A DNA stretch of 57,686 nt, the filler included, from Platydemus manokwari (lineage: Eukaryota): the NCBI GenBank assembly GCA_037951405.1. It is 5 parts of 5 records of this genome, joined end to end, with 100 filler letters (N's around TTAATTAATTAA, not from the genome) between each part and the next. Parts side by side here need not be neighbours in the genome. Positions count along the whole stretch, not along the records: positions 1 to 10,503 come from JBBMOY011128774.1; positions 10,604 to 21,389 come from JBBMOY011105553.1; 3 more parts are not named here. One strand, 5' to 3'. The position numbers were made by a program, and so were the translations under genes. Numbering within the stretch: position 1 is the first letter of the stretch; each line of letters begins with the position of its first letter. Positions 1-13,520 of the stretch are shown piece after piece. A model generated the notes under the pieces. It was not told the DNA's origin. It worked only from the letters and a program-made list of their open reading frames with translations, and did not search any database.

Positions 1-434
1 TTATCAAATTCTAATAAACAATTTTATAAATTTATCAGTTCATCAAAATAAATATCATTTTGATGGAATTAATATTTATCAAAAATATTATTAATAATAA
101 TAATATTTTTAATGATTAGAACAAATGCTCTCATATCGATTATAATGGCATCATTTGTAGTAAAAATATTATTTGATATTCTATTTTTTGATAATGATAT
201 TACTATTTACAATCTTTTCATCTCTGTCCTGGTTTCTTACAGTTTTTGTTGTTTCGCATTTCTTTCTTTCATCTAATTACTAAATATTTTCAATGTTGGT
301 TATATTCTGTGTTCAAGAAAAGATAATTATTTCTTTAGTTACGATAGAATTGCTCACGATTTTATTTGGATATTTTCTCTATTTTATTCATGATTACAAA
401 TTTCAATAAAATATGTGAATTTATTTTCCTTCAG

Positions 435-627
435 AACCATATCGTAGAAGTTCACAAGGTCGTCAGCATATGTGCTACTCACAGAGATCAACCAGTCAAC
501 GTCGAGATTCCGTGGAAAGTGATAGAGTTCATCATGTGATGCCACGTTGTTGCCCCAATGAATATATCAACAGAGATCTCGAAATTGAATCGCCGAATAA
601 TGAATTCAGAAGCAATTCAGTACTCAG
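435..627 (+). CDS. Orphan internal coding exon of an unidentified gene (Ser/Arg-rich, low complexity)
   Basis: Polypyrimidine acceptor ttattttccttcAG at 434 and donor AG|gtttgg at 628. The 193-bp GC-richer island is open as (E)PYRRSSQGRQHMCYSQRSTSQRRDSVESDRVHHVMPRCCPNEYINRDLEIESPNNEFRSNSVLR. No family recognised and partner exons not found. Confidence 0.55.
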
Positions 628-3600
628 GTTTGGTTATTCTGCTTTGTAATTTATTATTATATATTTTTGTATTTTATTATTAGTTATTTTGAAGTTTTTC
701 TTTAAATTTTTTTTCATGAAATCGATATCATCTCTGATCTTGTTATGGCTGCATTCATTGCCTCACTCTGTGTGAAGAATATCTTTATGATCGACCATTT
801 TCGTATCATATATGAATGATATATCACATACTAAATTAGTTTCAAAATAATAATTCATGCTTTGTCTCAAGTGGTGAGGATTCTTTAAATCTAGATGTAG
901 AATGAAAAACAGTATTTGATTAGATATGTGTCCGTGGCTTCCAGTTCAGTATCAGTAAAAGATCATTTTATAATTTATTAGGGAATATTCTTTATAAGCT
1001 ATAAATAATTATTAATTGTTTAGTTGATTAAAGCCAAATAGAATCTTTCTAAAATTCCATTTGTTTAAATTTGCCTCTATTTAAAATATTTTTGCAAAAA
1101 TAAATATTTATTCTTTGACGCACTGTATATTATTATTTATATTAATGATGTTGTTAGTAAAAATGTGGTTGCAGCAGACACCGCTAACCGTGTGTATTAA
1201 TTTTTTAGATCATACGCAATGGAAATCATAAAAAATTGGAAATTATCGATTATAAAATATCACTAATTAAAACTATAAAAAAGATGACTGACAAAAAATA
1301 TGTCGTGTAAAGTAAAGTATGTGATTTACGTAATTGGAATTTTCTGTTATAGAATAGTTCCTTAAGAAACCACATTAAAATGCGTTCCAAAAGATTAGAA
1401 CCAGAGAGATAAAAATTATTTCATTAAGTAATATAATATATTATATTTTTATTCAATAGTTATTTTCTTGTTTAAATGATATATATGTTCGAAGCTCTTT
1501 TAAAGATATATTTGGTAAAAAGTGAGATTCGATATTTTGCATCATTAAGAACGATTTTTGAAATAGAAGCCAACGAAACAACGTTTAAAAATTCTCTATG
1601 TCAAGGATATAATTTCTGAAAAAAACAATCTTCCAACAAACATTGAATATCTTTCATTAAATCACATCAAACACGTTTCATACCAATGGGTAGGTTTTTC
1701 ACTGTTTTTCACCTCACACTTTTACAAACCATATAAAAATGAATTTTGTCTATTCTTCGAAACTCACTATTTCAAAACAAGATTAACAAAACCAGTAACA
1801 TCTAAAGTAGAACGTGTTCGATTTGTAGTGCATAACATAGCTATTCGGGAATGTTGTAAAGCGAATGAAAAGACTTCAAATAACGAAATCTCGAATCAGA
1901 CTACCGGAATCATAGTTATTAAGATTTCAATTTAAAAATCGATCTGAGGACTTCTAGATCTAACTCCAAAGAAGTTGTTATGCTTTGCAAATTAAATGAG
2001 TAGATACAATGATAAATATGCTAGTTGAAGTGATAAGTGAAATGATTAACATAAGATCATCGATGATGCACAAGGCAATTAAATGATAAGCTTTATTTGA
2101 ATATCGGAAAACATAATTGAGCCTTATTCTCTATACGAAAAATTGAACCAGCAAAGCTTCAGTAACTCAACTAGTAGGAAAAGATCAATAAAACAGTGTT
2201 GAACCTCATGATTGTAGTAAAAAGGTGTGAAAACGAAAACAAATTATTTTAGAAGATACTGAACTCGATTACAGCGAAATAACATCATTTTATCTATTGA
2301 TTTATTATTTAAGAATTTCTGGGGCGTATTTTTTCGCCTTTTACAACTCGGATTTTAAGTTAGCAATAGTTCTTGACTACTCTAAAAATATATTAAACCT
2401 GCTGCCAATGTCCAGAATATTGATGTGAATAATTATGCTTGGTGTTAAAAAATATTTTGTCCCGTTGTGACAGTTTTCTCCGGGATTTTATATTTGATTT
2501 TACTGTTCTTTGCTTATTAGTTATGATTATTATTAGTCTTAGTCCTGCTTTCTAATCAAGGCTTTTTAAATTACTAGTTTATGATAATTTTCCCTTTTTT
2601 GACTTACTTATTTTATTGAAATCTATTTTTAGTAATTATAAATGCTATTTTAGGTTTATTTAAATTTTAATTCTAAAAATAGTATTTATACCTTATTTAT
2701 TTTATTTATATTTTATATACTTAATTCAACGAATCAAAACAATTTTCATCATAAAACATTGCACGATGATTTATAAATGCAATCAAAGGCATTTGATGAA
2801 TTAATCTCACAGAGCGAAACATAAAACCACTTATTCTGATATGGTTTATCGAGAAAACTGTCCACTTCATAGCATTAGACGGCAATTATTTCGTCTTCTT
2901 TTGTATTTACAGACAGATGGTGATGTTTTCAGCTGATCTGATGTTGACTTTCTGGTGCTTGAATGGATATTTGAATGTGAATCAACAAGAATCGAATTTT
3001 TCATTTGAATTTGATCGATGATGTTCAATTTTTGTATTTAACAAAACAAATTTAACGATAACAAGCAATAACTTGTATTTTCAGAAGCCCTCTATTTCGG
3101 TTAATAATTGAAATCGATGTTCTTAATTAAAAACTAAAAATTCTTAAAATTAAAAAAATTTAAATTAAACTTTTTTTAAAAATTTGAAATTTTTAAAAAC
3201 TAAACAAATTCATAAACAAAAAATTTAAATCAATTTAAATTTATTTGTCTTGTGATTCCAATTCTTGGAGTGAATGATGAAACAATTCACAATTTATTTA
3301 ATTCACAACTCATTTAATGTAACCCGAATAAAAAATAATTCCATTAATAATATTCAATTAAATTACTATATTTGAATTTCTAGTTTCGAAATTTTCGATA
3401 TCACTTATAGAAATGTGCTTAAATTTGATTGGCTGTTGTAAATCGATTAATTATTCCTGCAAATAAAACCCACTGATAGTTATCGATCACAATGTTAGTC
3501 ACACAATTAGAAGCAATCATTTATTAGCTCTTCATTTGATATTAAAGCTGCAATTTTCCTGAAATTAAATTAAAAAATGTCATCGCATTAAAAGTTAGAA

Positions 3601-6600
3601 ATTGTAAGGAGTGTAAGCAGTCTACCGAGAGACCGATTTGGTGGTTCTCTCCTCTCAATACGGTGTGATTGGACTTTTATTATACCTTTTTATAATCCAC
3701 ACGGTAACGGATTCGAATATTTAGGGAATTAACTTCGCACTTACATACCTTCATGTAACTGTTGTGTTATCTTTGGAAAAAGTCCCAAATGGGTTCTGAT
3801 AATCGGCAAGGAAAAGATTGAAATGATATTTTAAATATATTATGAAAACAAAGCCTGGTTATGCCAGAAATTATTAATAACCACGTATCCAGGGTTTTAT
3901 TATCCATTGAAGAAAATGTGTTTTGTGAGATTTGTACTTTTCATTCATATTCATCTGTATGGGTTGAATAGGAAATGTAAATTATTGGAATTCAGAATGG
4001 TAGAAAATCACTGGTTTATACAGAGGCAATGTAAATGGAGCAGCTCGAATCAGGTCACAATTTTGATTCAGTTCGAAGTAATGTTTCAGAGTATCTTGGA
4101 ATAAATTGACAGTGTGTTTATTCCTAGCAATCGAATTACATAAACCTGAAATATAACTCCAATCTTTAAAATTAGTTAACTAGTTTAACTTAATTTAAGA
4201 AGTAGCCTGCCTTCCAAACAGACAGACTAAGTTTCGACAATCTTATAATTTATCAAAAATTATGATTTAGGATTTCTAGGAAAAATTTAAAGAATTTCGA
4301 TAATAATAAAGAAGGTAAATTAACCCAGATTAACAGCAATCAAAATGCTACACGTAGTTGATCAATTTAGATGAGTTAGACGCAACATTTTTCACAAAAG
4401 AATTTTTTTCGTCAAATTTGAGATTGATCTAGGCAAATGTTGTGAAAAGCGACAGCTACGAATATTATCGACTAAGGTACATTGCGAAGAAGTACATTAT
4501 CGATTAAAGTGAAGTGTATTAGTGCTTGAAACATATTCGTGGAGAAGATGTGTTTGGTGGAAAAGTATATTTTAGTATGAATGGTGAAAGATAAGGTTAT
4601 TGGAAAGAATAAAACTACTTTCAAACTCATTATTTGATTCACCCAGAAAGATTATCAAAAAATTATGATCCAGAAAATTGGAAAAATAACAAGGTTTTTC
4701 AACACATAGACAAAGTATTGATATGAAATTGTGATATTAAATTATTGATAATGGCCGACAAAATTGCTCGCCTAATGCAGCTTAAAAATGATGTTGATCT
4801 GGTATAATATTAATATATTAAGTTGGACACGTTCCTTCCTTTCCTTTGTTTACGTTAGATCATCCACTTGGTTCTTGTGCATCCAAAAATAACGGACAAA
4901 AAAACAATTCGATTCGCATACTAAAGATTTTCGAAGTATTCCAAATTGATCCAAAGAATCCACAGAAAATTTCTGTTTGACAAAATCTTTTATTTAGGAC
5001 ACTGTTATCAGGCTTGCATTTCCTCCAAAGATCTCAATTTTTAGAAATTATCGATAGCCTTTATTCGAATATTTTCCAAAACAAATCAACACGACCTGAA
5101 AATTTATTTTCAAATTGGAGTCACAATGCAACCAAATAAGTATTTTTGGAATTGATAAATACAATACAAGATTATCTTCACAGTTTTGTGATTGTTGAAA
5201 ATAAAGGAATCTTTTAGATGAGTATGTCAGCACATTCGTGAATTTTATTTTGAAGAATAGAAATAAATGGCAGTAATATTTAATTGGGCTGAATTTTTGT
5301 GAAACCACTGAAGTTAATACAATTTGTTTTAATCTAGTGCTATCTTCAATGATTTTATTGATTTTCTTTGGTTTTACTTATTATTTTATTTATTTATTAC
5401 TTATTTATCATTCCAAAATCATCAGTGGCTCCGATGTGAAAACTGTGAACATTTTATGTAGCTAATTAGAGCGAGATTCTTAATATTTAGATTTCAATTC
5501 ATGACTTCAAAAGCTTAACAAATCTGTATCTGAATTAAATAGGTAATTTTATATGGTTGAATTGGCTCTGAATTTTATTTAAAAAGAATGTCGTGATGTG
5601 ATTTTTAACTTATGCAATGTCTGCTTTAAGGTTTGTTACTGAAATAACTTGAACTGAAGTAAAGGCAAGTAGAGAAAATGAATAAACAAAATGACCATGA
5701 AAACTACACGAAATATCGCATGAAGCTTTGCCGTAATTCATAATAAGATTGTGACATAAAGGACAATCAAAGGAACAATTATTCATGGGATTCACATAAA
5801 AGAATTAGCGGAATGCTTGATTTCTACCAAAAGAATAATCTTAATAACCAATCGTTTCGCTTTTGAAAGATCTCAATTTAGTTTTCACGGTATAAGTAAG
5901 ACGTCCACTATTCGAATGAAAGAAATAATGATAAATACAAGCTTAGGACCAAATTTAGAGATCCAACAATTGTTTTTCAAATCTTCAGACGTTTTAGCTA
6001 TGTTCCATTGAAAATTTCATTGATTTTTGAAACAATTAAAAAAACCCACAATTGTCATTCATCAACGTAATTTCTTGGGAAAATTAGATATTTGCAAACC
6101 AGTGGCAAAGTATTCCTAAATCGAGATATGTCTGGTTTTTTAATCTATCTAATACATAATTTAGTATTTTCTTTCTACCTAATTGATTCAATGAATATCG
6201 TTTTGATGTGGCTTTTGAACTCTTCAGTTGATTCTTATTCGATATTGAATGAATCGATTTCATATTGATAATTATATTTTCAAGACGTAACAGACTCCAA
6301 AATTGGACTGCATATGAACCGTTTCCAATTTCATTATCGATACCACAATGCTGTTTACGATAGTTGTGTGGAATATTGTTTACAATAGCAGATTTGTTTT
6401 TTATTTTTCACTCCCAAATTTTGGTTTTTGTTTAAAATCGAGTGATGATTTTGAAATTAGAACGAAAAAGCTATTTCTATTAAAAGGCTTTAAAATAGAT
6501 TTCGATATGGAAATATATATAAGCTTGTTGGGTTACTTTTGATATGGTCTTTCAATCGATATAAAATCAAACATCATGATAAACTCACAAAAACCAAAAT

Positions 6601-7539
6601 TAATACCAAAACACTAAAATCAATAAAAAAAATAAAAAAAAAATATTTAAACAATTCACTGTGATTCTTTGTTGTGGAACTCTATTAAGATTTTCATTCC
6701 ATGAAATCTGAGAAGTCGACATAAACAATCAACATATGACTTCATCAAGGTACGCCTATTTTGGGATAATGTGAAATTTACCTCACACGATAGTCACGTA
6801 TGAATCGTCGTTTCGAATGGACATTGCTTAAATTTTCACCTCTTCGATTTGCCTTCATCAAACAATCAATAACAGCAAACTAATAACAGAAAACAACAAC
6901 AAAACAGATAAACATTCTTTTTATTTTGTATACAAATAGATCGGATTAACGATAAGCATAACGAACGTTAAAATAACATTAACATCTACATAGTAAATCT
7001 AAATCGGTACTTATATATTTATTTATTTTTCTCAATCTTCCAAGATCAGATCGGCTGACAACAATCCGTAAAATATCCATCAAAATATAAGTTCAAAACG
7101 ATATCGATTTTATATATTTTCATTTTTGTCACTGGTTTTTTGTTTGTTTATCTAATAAATCTCGAAATCTCATTTCATTATTTATATCAATCTTGATCCA
7201 ATAATAAAGATTATTCCATTTCATTTGGGTTTTTGTACGAAAATATATAATAACGTGATTCGATCGATAATATGAAATAAAAACCAATATGGATGTCCAG
7301 CATCAAAATTAAAATTCAAAACACTTTTTGTGACAAATCCACAATGTGACGGCCGTACAATACAAGCCAAAATAGTCAGTATTAAATATTTGAATCTACG
7401 ACATCTGTATACATGATCTGAGAGATAATAATAGTAATAATAATAATAATCGTAACCATAATTATAATATTAATAATAATGACAGTATCGAATTTGACTT
7501 GAAAACGATAAAAGTCATTTTTTTTCGAAAAATCTGTGA

Positions 7540-7731
7540 CTATTTGCCTATTGATGATGTCGAGAGACGCCTGGTCTGCACTGCAGGATGAGGCAATTCC
7601 GATGCAATCGAACTATATAGTTTGTACCAGCCAAACACAATAGATGAAAAGTCAAGGTCATCGAGGAGAATTTCACAGCGACCCATAAACGACTTTTTAT
7701 CCATTCTACTGTATTCTCCCCAAACTGTAGC
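7540..7731 (-). CDS. RIMS: Terminal exon of RIM/UNC-10 (Rab3-interacting molecule): C-terminal half of the C2B domain
   Basis: Acceptor tttgtttattAG, then phase-0 ATVWGEYSRMDKKSFMGRCEILLDDLDFSSIVFGWYKLYSSIASELPHPAVQTRRLSTSSIGK*. This matches the RIM C2B end (V.VWGDYGRMD.K.FMG...I.L..LDLS..V.GW.KLF and the downstream TRR.S.SS motif). The ORF track shows a different frame. Upstream exons were not found in this contig. Confidence 0.9.
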   Translation of the reverse strand, partial: ATVWGEYSRMDKKSFMGRCEILLDDLDFSSIVFGWYKLYSSIASELPHPAVQTRRLSTSSIGK

Positions 7732-7951
7732 CTAATAAACAAACACAATAGAAACCCATTAAACAATATCATTAAATGAGCTGTAAATGTATGATATTTA
7801 TCAAAATACTTTTTAAAATTATTATATATTTAGGAAAACATTAAATAATCTAAAAATCAAATTAATGTAAAAGTATGAAATATATTTCATTTATTCGATA
7901 ATAATAAAATAAATAATAATTAAGGGTGTCATTTTTGCCATTAAAAATGGA

Positions 7952-8560
7952 GGCTTAAGTTAAAAAATAAGGTCCGAAAATGAAATTTTTAATTTGTTGA
8001 ATGTATTGCAAAATTCTATATAGTTTATTTAATAATGTTCTTCAAAAACATTTTTAATTTTTTATTTAAGTATTTAAGAAGAGTTTTAGTATTTTGAAAT
8101 AAAATATTAAATAGACTAGAGCCTAAAAATCTTCTAAAATTTGATTGTTTGAAAAAATGAAAAAAATAAATCGAATTGCAATTTATTGAAAATTTGCGAA
8201 GACCTGTTTTTTAACATTGGAAATAAATTGAGAGATATTCTCAATTTTTACAATTATTTTATAAAAATAACCAATGATATCATTAAACATGTCTGTAATT
8301 AACTAACTCGATTTATAATTATAAAAATTTAAATTTAAAAACTCAAATAATAATATAGAAGTTCTGTGATTGGAATGGGAACTTGGTTTTATAACTATGC
8401 TTTGTCACCACTAGACATCTTAAAAAATGAGATATAAACTGAATTATACGAATAAATTAAACATAGCAGTTATATATATAGTTAAGTAATAAATTTGCCT
8501 GATGCGCGAAAATCCATTATAACGAAAGTAGGTCAAAGGACCCTTTTCTTAACTTAAACC
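7952..8560 (+). mobile_element. ~600-bp non-autonomous DNA transposon (MITE), copy 1
   Basis: ~23-bp imperfect terminal inverted repeats: GGCTTAAGTTAAAAAATAAGGTCC ... GGACCCTTTTCTTAACTTAAACC. The body aligns by eye with 29999-30597 and, reverse-complemented, with 46686-47288. No ORF. Confidence 0.85.
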
Positions 8561-10503
8561 ACATTATTATTAATTTTCGTTGGGAGCATTGTGAGAATAT
8601 TAAATCTTTCAAGATTTAATTTTATATTAAATTATATTAATGTGTTTAAGTAACTATTTAAAATCATAAATTGGTGTCTTGTTTTTGCAGTTAGTTTTTC
8701 ATGCGTGTTTTATAAAATAGTACTGACTTACAAAGATAGCCTAGATAAATCCCATAGAACCAGTTCCAGCTGATAAATACCATTGAACCTGAATATATAT
8801 CATCTTGGTTTGAAATTCAATAATAAATAATACGAAAACCTTGTTAATACAGCAGTTCTCGAGTTCATCTGAGTTTCAAATTTTCCCTAGCAAAAACCAG
8901 GTCAATGCATATTTTAAAATTTTATGTGAAGTCAATTTAACGAATTCACTTGTTGGATTAAAGCACAACAGTGTGACAGATTGAGAATTTTGTCCCTATT
9001 AATAAATTATTGATCGAAAACCCAATGGATTTAATTGAATGTATACAGTCCGTTACAAATACACATCTTATTATGGTCATCATAAAATCAAACGATAACA
9101 TAAACCATCATTGTTTAGAAACGTTTAATAGGTTTTCCAAAATCAGATTTCCATTCATGGATTTTTGCAATTATTTTCTCGCAATATAAAAAAAAATCTG
9201 GAATTATTTCCTGGTGCATTTGTCGATAATTGTAGGTTATATATTTACTTCACTATAATTACAATGTCCATTACAAAGATAATTGTTTGCTTCGTATCTA
9301 CGTGAGATGCTTAATTATAGACGTTGGCATCAATGTGTGGCTAATGTGCAGGAATAAATAATGTGAGATAATTGTCAACAAATATATCTACCAAATATCA
9401 ATCCTGATCTGAAATTAGCATATTATAAAAAAACTTATTCTTATGGAAAGATATTTCATAATATAATCAGACACATTGATAGGTTGTCATTTCCAGGCTA
9501 GCGTCATCTATTAACAGAGTGATTTCTGGCAAATATCCTATTAAGATCGACAATAAAAAATATCAATGAAGCGCTTAGAAATTTTTCAGGCTGATATTTA
9601 TTTCTTATGTTATTGTTTTATTCTCAAATATTTCTTTGTATTTTAATGAAAAATATATTTATCATTGTTTTTTTATTTGTGTTTCATTTCGTTACTTTTT
9701 TCTATACTTGATGTACAGGCAGTAATTAATGGTTTATGCAATATAATGCGCTTGATTTACGATAAAATGTGTTTCAATCAAAAATAATCTTTTAACCAAT
9801 AAATTTGGCCACAATTGTTTCGTGTTTAGTGTCGAATGAAAATGAGTAATGTGAGGTTTATTTAAAAATACGATAAAATTATTGATAAATTGAGCCAAAA
9901 GATATTTTTTAAAAAATTATATTAAAAATTAATATAGCATATTAATGTTTATAAAAGGATCTTGCTTGAAAAATGCTGTCAAACTCTCAGTTTTGAAATT
10001 ATTAAACGTAAAATGTAAACCTTTTTTAAAAAATAATATCCAATATCAAATGCGGATTAAAAATGAAGACAAATCAGGTGGAAATAAATTTAAAATTTGT
10101 TTGAAAAGTGATGTATTATTTTTTGTTCTACTTCAAAAATGACTTTTGATTTGACAATCAATACTGAAAACATGTTGCCAACTAACAAGAGAAATGACCA
10201 AAGATATAAATCAATACATAATCGAATTGTGAAGATGTGGCTGCAAAGTACTACATGTCTACTGATGAGTTGAAAGAACTACAAAATCTATTTTTCGACG
10301 AGGTATTTTAAATATTCAATAAAATAATACCACAATCAATGGTATCGATAATATAAAAATATAAAGCAGATATTATTCGAGGTTGATATGGATTTAATAG
10401 ATAAAAACAGGTTGTTACAAGTTTTCGAAATAGCCTCTAAATTCAAATATGAAATTAATTGATTTATTATATTAAAAAACAATTTAAAATTCCCATAATC
10501 AAT

Positions 10504-10603
10504 NNNNNNNNNNNNNNNNNNNNNNNNNNNNNNNNNNNNNNNNNNNNTTAATTAATTAANNNNNNNNNNNNNNNNNNNNNNNNNNNNNNNNNNNNNNNNN
10601 NNN
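10504..10603. other. Artificial contig-joining linker (N44-TTAATTAATTAA-N44)
   Basis: 100-bp spacer with a palindromic 12-mer that gives stops in all six frames. The same structure occurs at four sites. Confidence 0.95.
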
Positions 10604-10670
<67 letters not shown>

Positions 10671-10680
10671 CATTATCATT
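10604..10680. repeat. (TTA)n microsatellite at contig edge
   Basis: Pure TTA run of about 22 units that decays into TCA variants. Confidence 0.95.
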
Positions 10681-12001
10681 TATATTATTGTGTCTTTCTG
10701 GTGTATAGGGTAACAAATACTCGTGTGTTCTAACTTTTTGATTATTTATCACAACCTGTCTGAAATAATTCTTCATTAATATTTTAAAAAAGTTTTAACT
10801 GTTCTATTGTATTTTGTTCTTTCGTTTTACAGATTTCAACCTTTCTCGTATATATTTATATATGTATATTCTAAAATCCACCTCCAAAGTGTTAACCTTT
10901 TCAAATCCCTTGATAAAGATAATACTTATGTCTGATTATCTCTATCATTAATACATTTATCTATTGTGCTCACATAAATCCATTTAAAAATTTCATAAGT
11001 TAATGGTCCATTAATTGACCTTCATTGGCATTAATTTATATAGGCTAGTTCCTTTCGAAATAATCAGCAAAGCGAAGAGATTCTTAGGAAATCTTGAATT
11101 TATTTTCTAGTATTCCTTGTTTTATGTAATTATTTATAAAAGTTTCTATTGAATCTGCTAATGTACAAAAATATTATGCTTAGTATCAAACTTTGTAATC
11201 CCATAATGTTTTACTAGAATCATTTATTAGAGAAAGGGAATTTACCTTTTCGATGGAAATTATACAGTCAAATAGATAAATTCCTTTAGAATAAATATCA
11301 GAAAATTCAGTGTTTAAATTTACAAGCACCCCTTTCATTGATTTACATAGTCCGACTAAAGCATTTTGAGATAATCCTAATAAATATCAAAATCTTAATA
11401 AAATACCATTAAAGGAAATATATTTCTTTAGATAACGGAAATATTTTTACTTCCTTATTTGTATTTCACGAGTCTATTTCTTTGACAATTAAACAGGAAT
11501 CACATTCTGATCCATTGGAGGTAATATTAAGGAATATCTTTTGGTTTTTTGGTTAAAATATTTACATGGTTTGCAAGCGGCTCTTCGATAATACTGTTCT
11601 TTCAAATAGTCACGGTAATTATTATTTACAATAAATACACGAGTTGAATTATTTAAAATTATTTAATTCTTTTTATAAATATTTTATTTTCAAAATTACT
11701 TAAATCGGTTTGGGTTTATGTTATTGTTGCATTTTGTTGATTTTACTGTTATTGATTTTGATTGGTGTTTGCTGTTTTGCTGTGTTTTTTAGGATATTTG
11801 TGATTATCATTTTATATAATGTAGCTATAATTAATTGATTCGATGTTGATAAATTTATTAATGAATCGATTATTTTAAATTATGTAATAACGATTGATTT
11901 AATATATTATCAAATATTTTATATAATAATATCAATTCAATCCAATCAATCAATTCAATCATTATATTTCAAATCAAAGATATTCATTATAATCAATTAT
12001 T

Positions 12002-12406
12002 TTAACCACATTTGCTAATTATTTTCAAAGATACAGTCGTGTAATTCAAAATATTTTCCAATTTGGATTTGAGCAAAATTCGAAATGATTTTGTTTCGCC
12101 TTGTGGTCGAGGACCATTGCAATCTTTAACTTCAATCCAAGATGGAGGATCAAAACATGGATCGATTATCATTTGATATATTGCTGAAGACTTGTTATTG
12201 GTGATGACTTTAATCTCTTGTCGTGAAACATTCATTACTACAGTGCCGTTGAGTGTGAAATTGTTTTGATTTAAATTCTCTTCAACATTATCCATTATCA
12301 TTGGCCATGACATGCTCTCAATACATTCTTGTGATTCTGGTAACGCATATGGTTTGGACATTCCATATGAGATGATGGTGAATAATAAAATGTATAAAAT
12401 TGTCAT
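12002..12406 (-). CDS. Intronless secreted 134-aa glycoprotein, possibly ML (MD-2/NPC2/GM2A-like lipid-recognition) domain
   Basis: Longest ORF in the window, ATG to TAA. It has a hydrophobic N-terminus MTILYILLFTIISYG (signal-peptide-like), 4 Cys and five N-x-S/T sequons. The segment IIDPC-x11-C-xxP-xx-GET recalls the ML-domain D-x-C...CP...GE motif. Family assignment is inference. Confidence 0.65.
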   Translation of the reverse strand: MTILYILLFTIISYGMSKPYALPESQECIESMSWPMIMDNVEENLNQNNFTLNGTVVMNVSRQEIKVITNNKSSAIYQMIIDPCFDPPSWIEVKDCNGPRPQGETKSFRILLKSKLENILNYTTVSLKIISKCG

Positions 12407-12959
12407 TATTATTATTATTGATATCGTTAAAGATGTGGAATGAGAGGAGAATAAGCATTTATACGAATAAAATTTCTACAAAAATAGCAATTATATGAAT
12501 AATGCGACTACTGCTAAATTTGTGAGTAAATGAATTTGGAAGTTGTTGATAATGATCGTTCAATCCAATAATAAATCTGGAAATCAATTCGCCAAATATT
12601 ACAAGATAACTCATGTGATGTTGGCATTGATATGTAAACAATTGGTTGAGATTATATTAAACGCAATCTTGACAAAACATTCTATTAATTATTGACAACA
12701 TTTGTTTTAGTTATTTAATGCTAATATCTTGTAGAACTAATTTTGGGATAATCTTTCAACTTGAACTCGAAACTGAAGCCATGTTAATCTAATAGCACTT
12801 CCATTACTTATTAGATAAATATATATAATCTTATATTTCGTTTATTAATATTATTGATATTGTAATTGAAGTAAAAAAAGATATTTTAATAGAATTATCT
12901 CTCTTAATCAAGAGGTCAATTTCATGGAGAACTGACAATTTCCCTTATTCTGTAGTCTC

Positions 12960-13520
12960 TGACTTCAGAATTTCATCTTTTTCTTTGGGGTGCCAAGAAT
13001 ATTTTTGATCTGATTTTGTTTGCGATGTTGTTTTCGATATGCTTTGGCCATGAGCCAATTAAAATTAGAAAATAATCCAGAATAGAGATTGATTCGGAAT
13101 TTGAAAAGATACTTGTAGGACTGAGATGTATGAAAAAGCCTTTTAAGCACCACAAGATGAACGTATACCACGGTTCCCAGTCCTTATCAAACTATTTTTA
13201 ATAATGATCTACACCAGCAGCTATATGAGCAGTGCTGGGCAACGAATATCCAATGGCACAAGTCAGCTGAGGACTAAAAACTCTGGAGAAAATCTACGCT
13301 GTAATAGAACTCGAAGCACAGTCTATGCTCTCAAAAAGTTCAGATCTCATATATTTGGACAGAGAATCATGTACTAACCGAGCACAGATTAATGGATCTT
13401 ACAACACAAGGATAAAGCATCAAGGCTTATCCTATAGGCATTCAAACCTCAACAATATAATATCAAAATATGTTATCCTAAAGGCAAAAATAATGCAGAC
13501 TCATTATACCGAGCCATACT
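12960..13520 (+). mobile_element. Degenerate Ty3/Gypsy LTR retrotransposon pol fragment (RT connection and RNase H)
   Basis: Frameshifted motifs TEMYEKAF, YAVIELEA, VYALKKFRSHIFGQR, WILQHKDKASRL and QQYNIKICYPKGKNNADSLYRA match the Gypsy RNase H consensus (ELEA.A..AL.KFR.YL.G...; Y.F.I.YR.GK.N..ADALSR). Confidence 0.85.

Noticed and set aside
1700-2260. Possible gag zinc-knuckle relic (TCSICSA*H)
   Set aside because: A single degenerate motif with no supporting protease or RT signatures.
7548-7772. 74-aa ORF from the track
   Set aside because: Wrong frame; the overlapping frame encodes the RIM C2B terminal exon.
10548-10559. TTAATTAATTAA as a biological repeat or CRISPR-like direct repeat
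   Set aside because: Always centred in 44+44 N; an assembly spacer.
10552-10776. Poly-Asn ORF
   Set aside because: Translation of an (AAT)n microsatellite running into an N linker.
12459-12641. LNDHYQQL as the missing RIM C2B exon (LDPLYQQ.L)
   Set aside because: It lacks the YVKVYL and KKKT motifs and lies across a contig linker.
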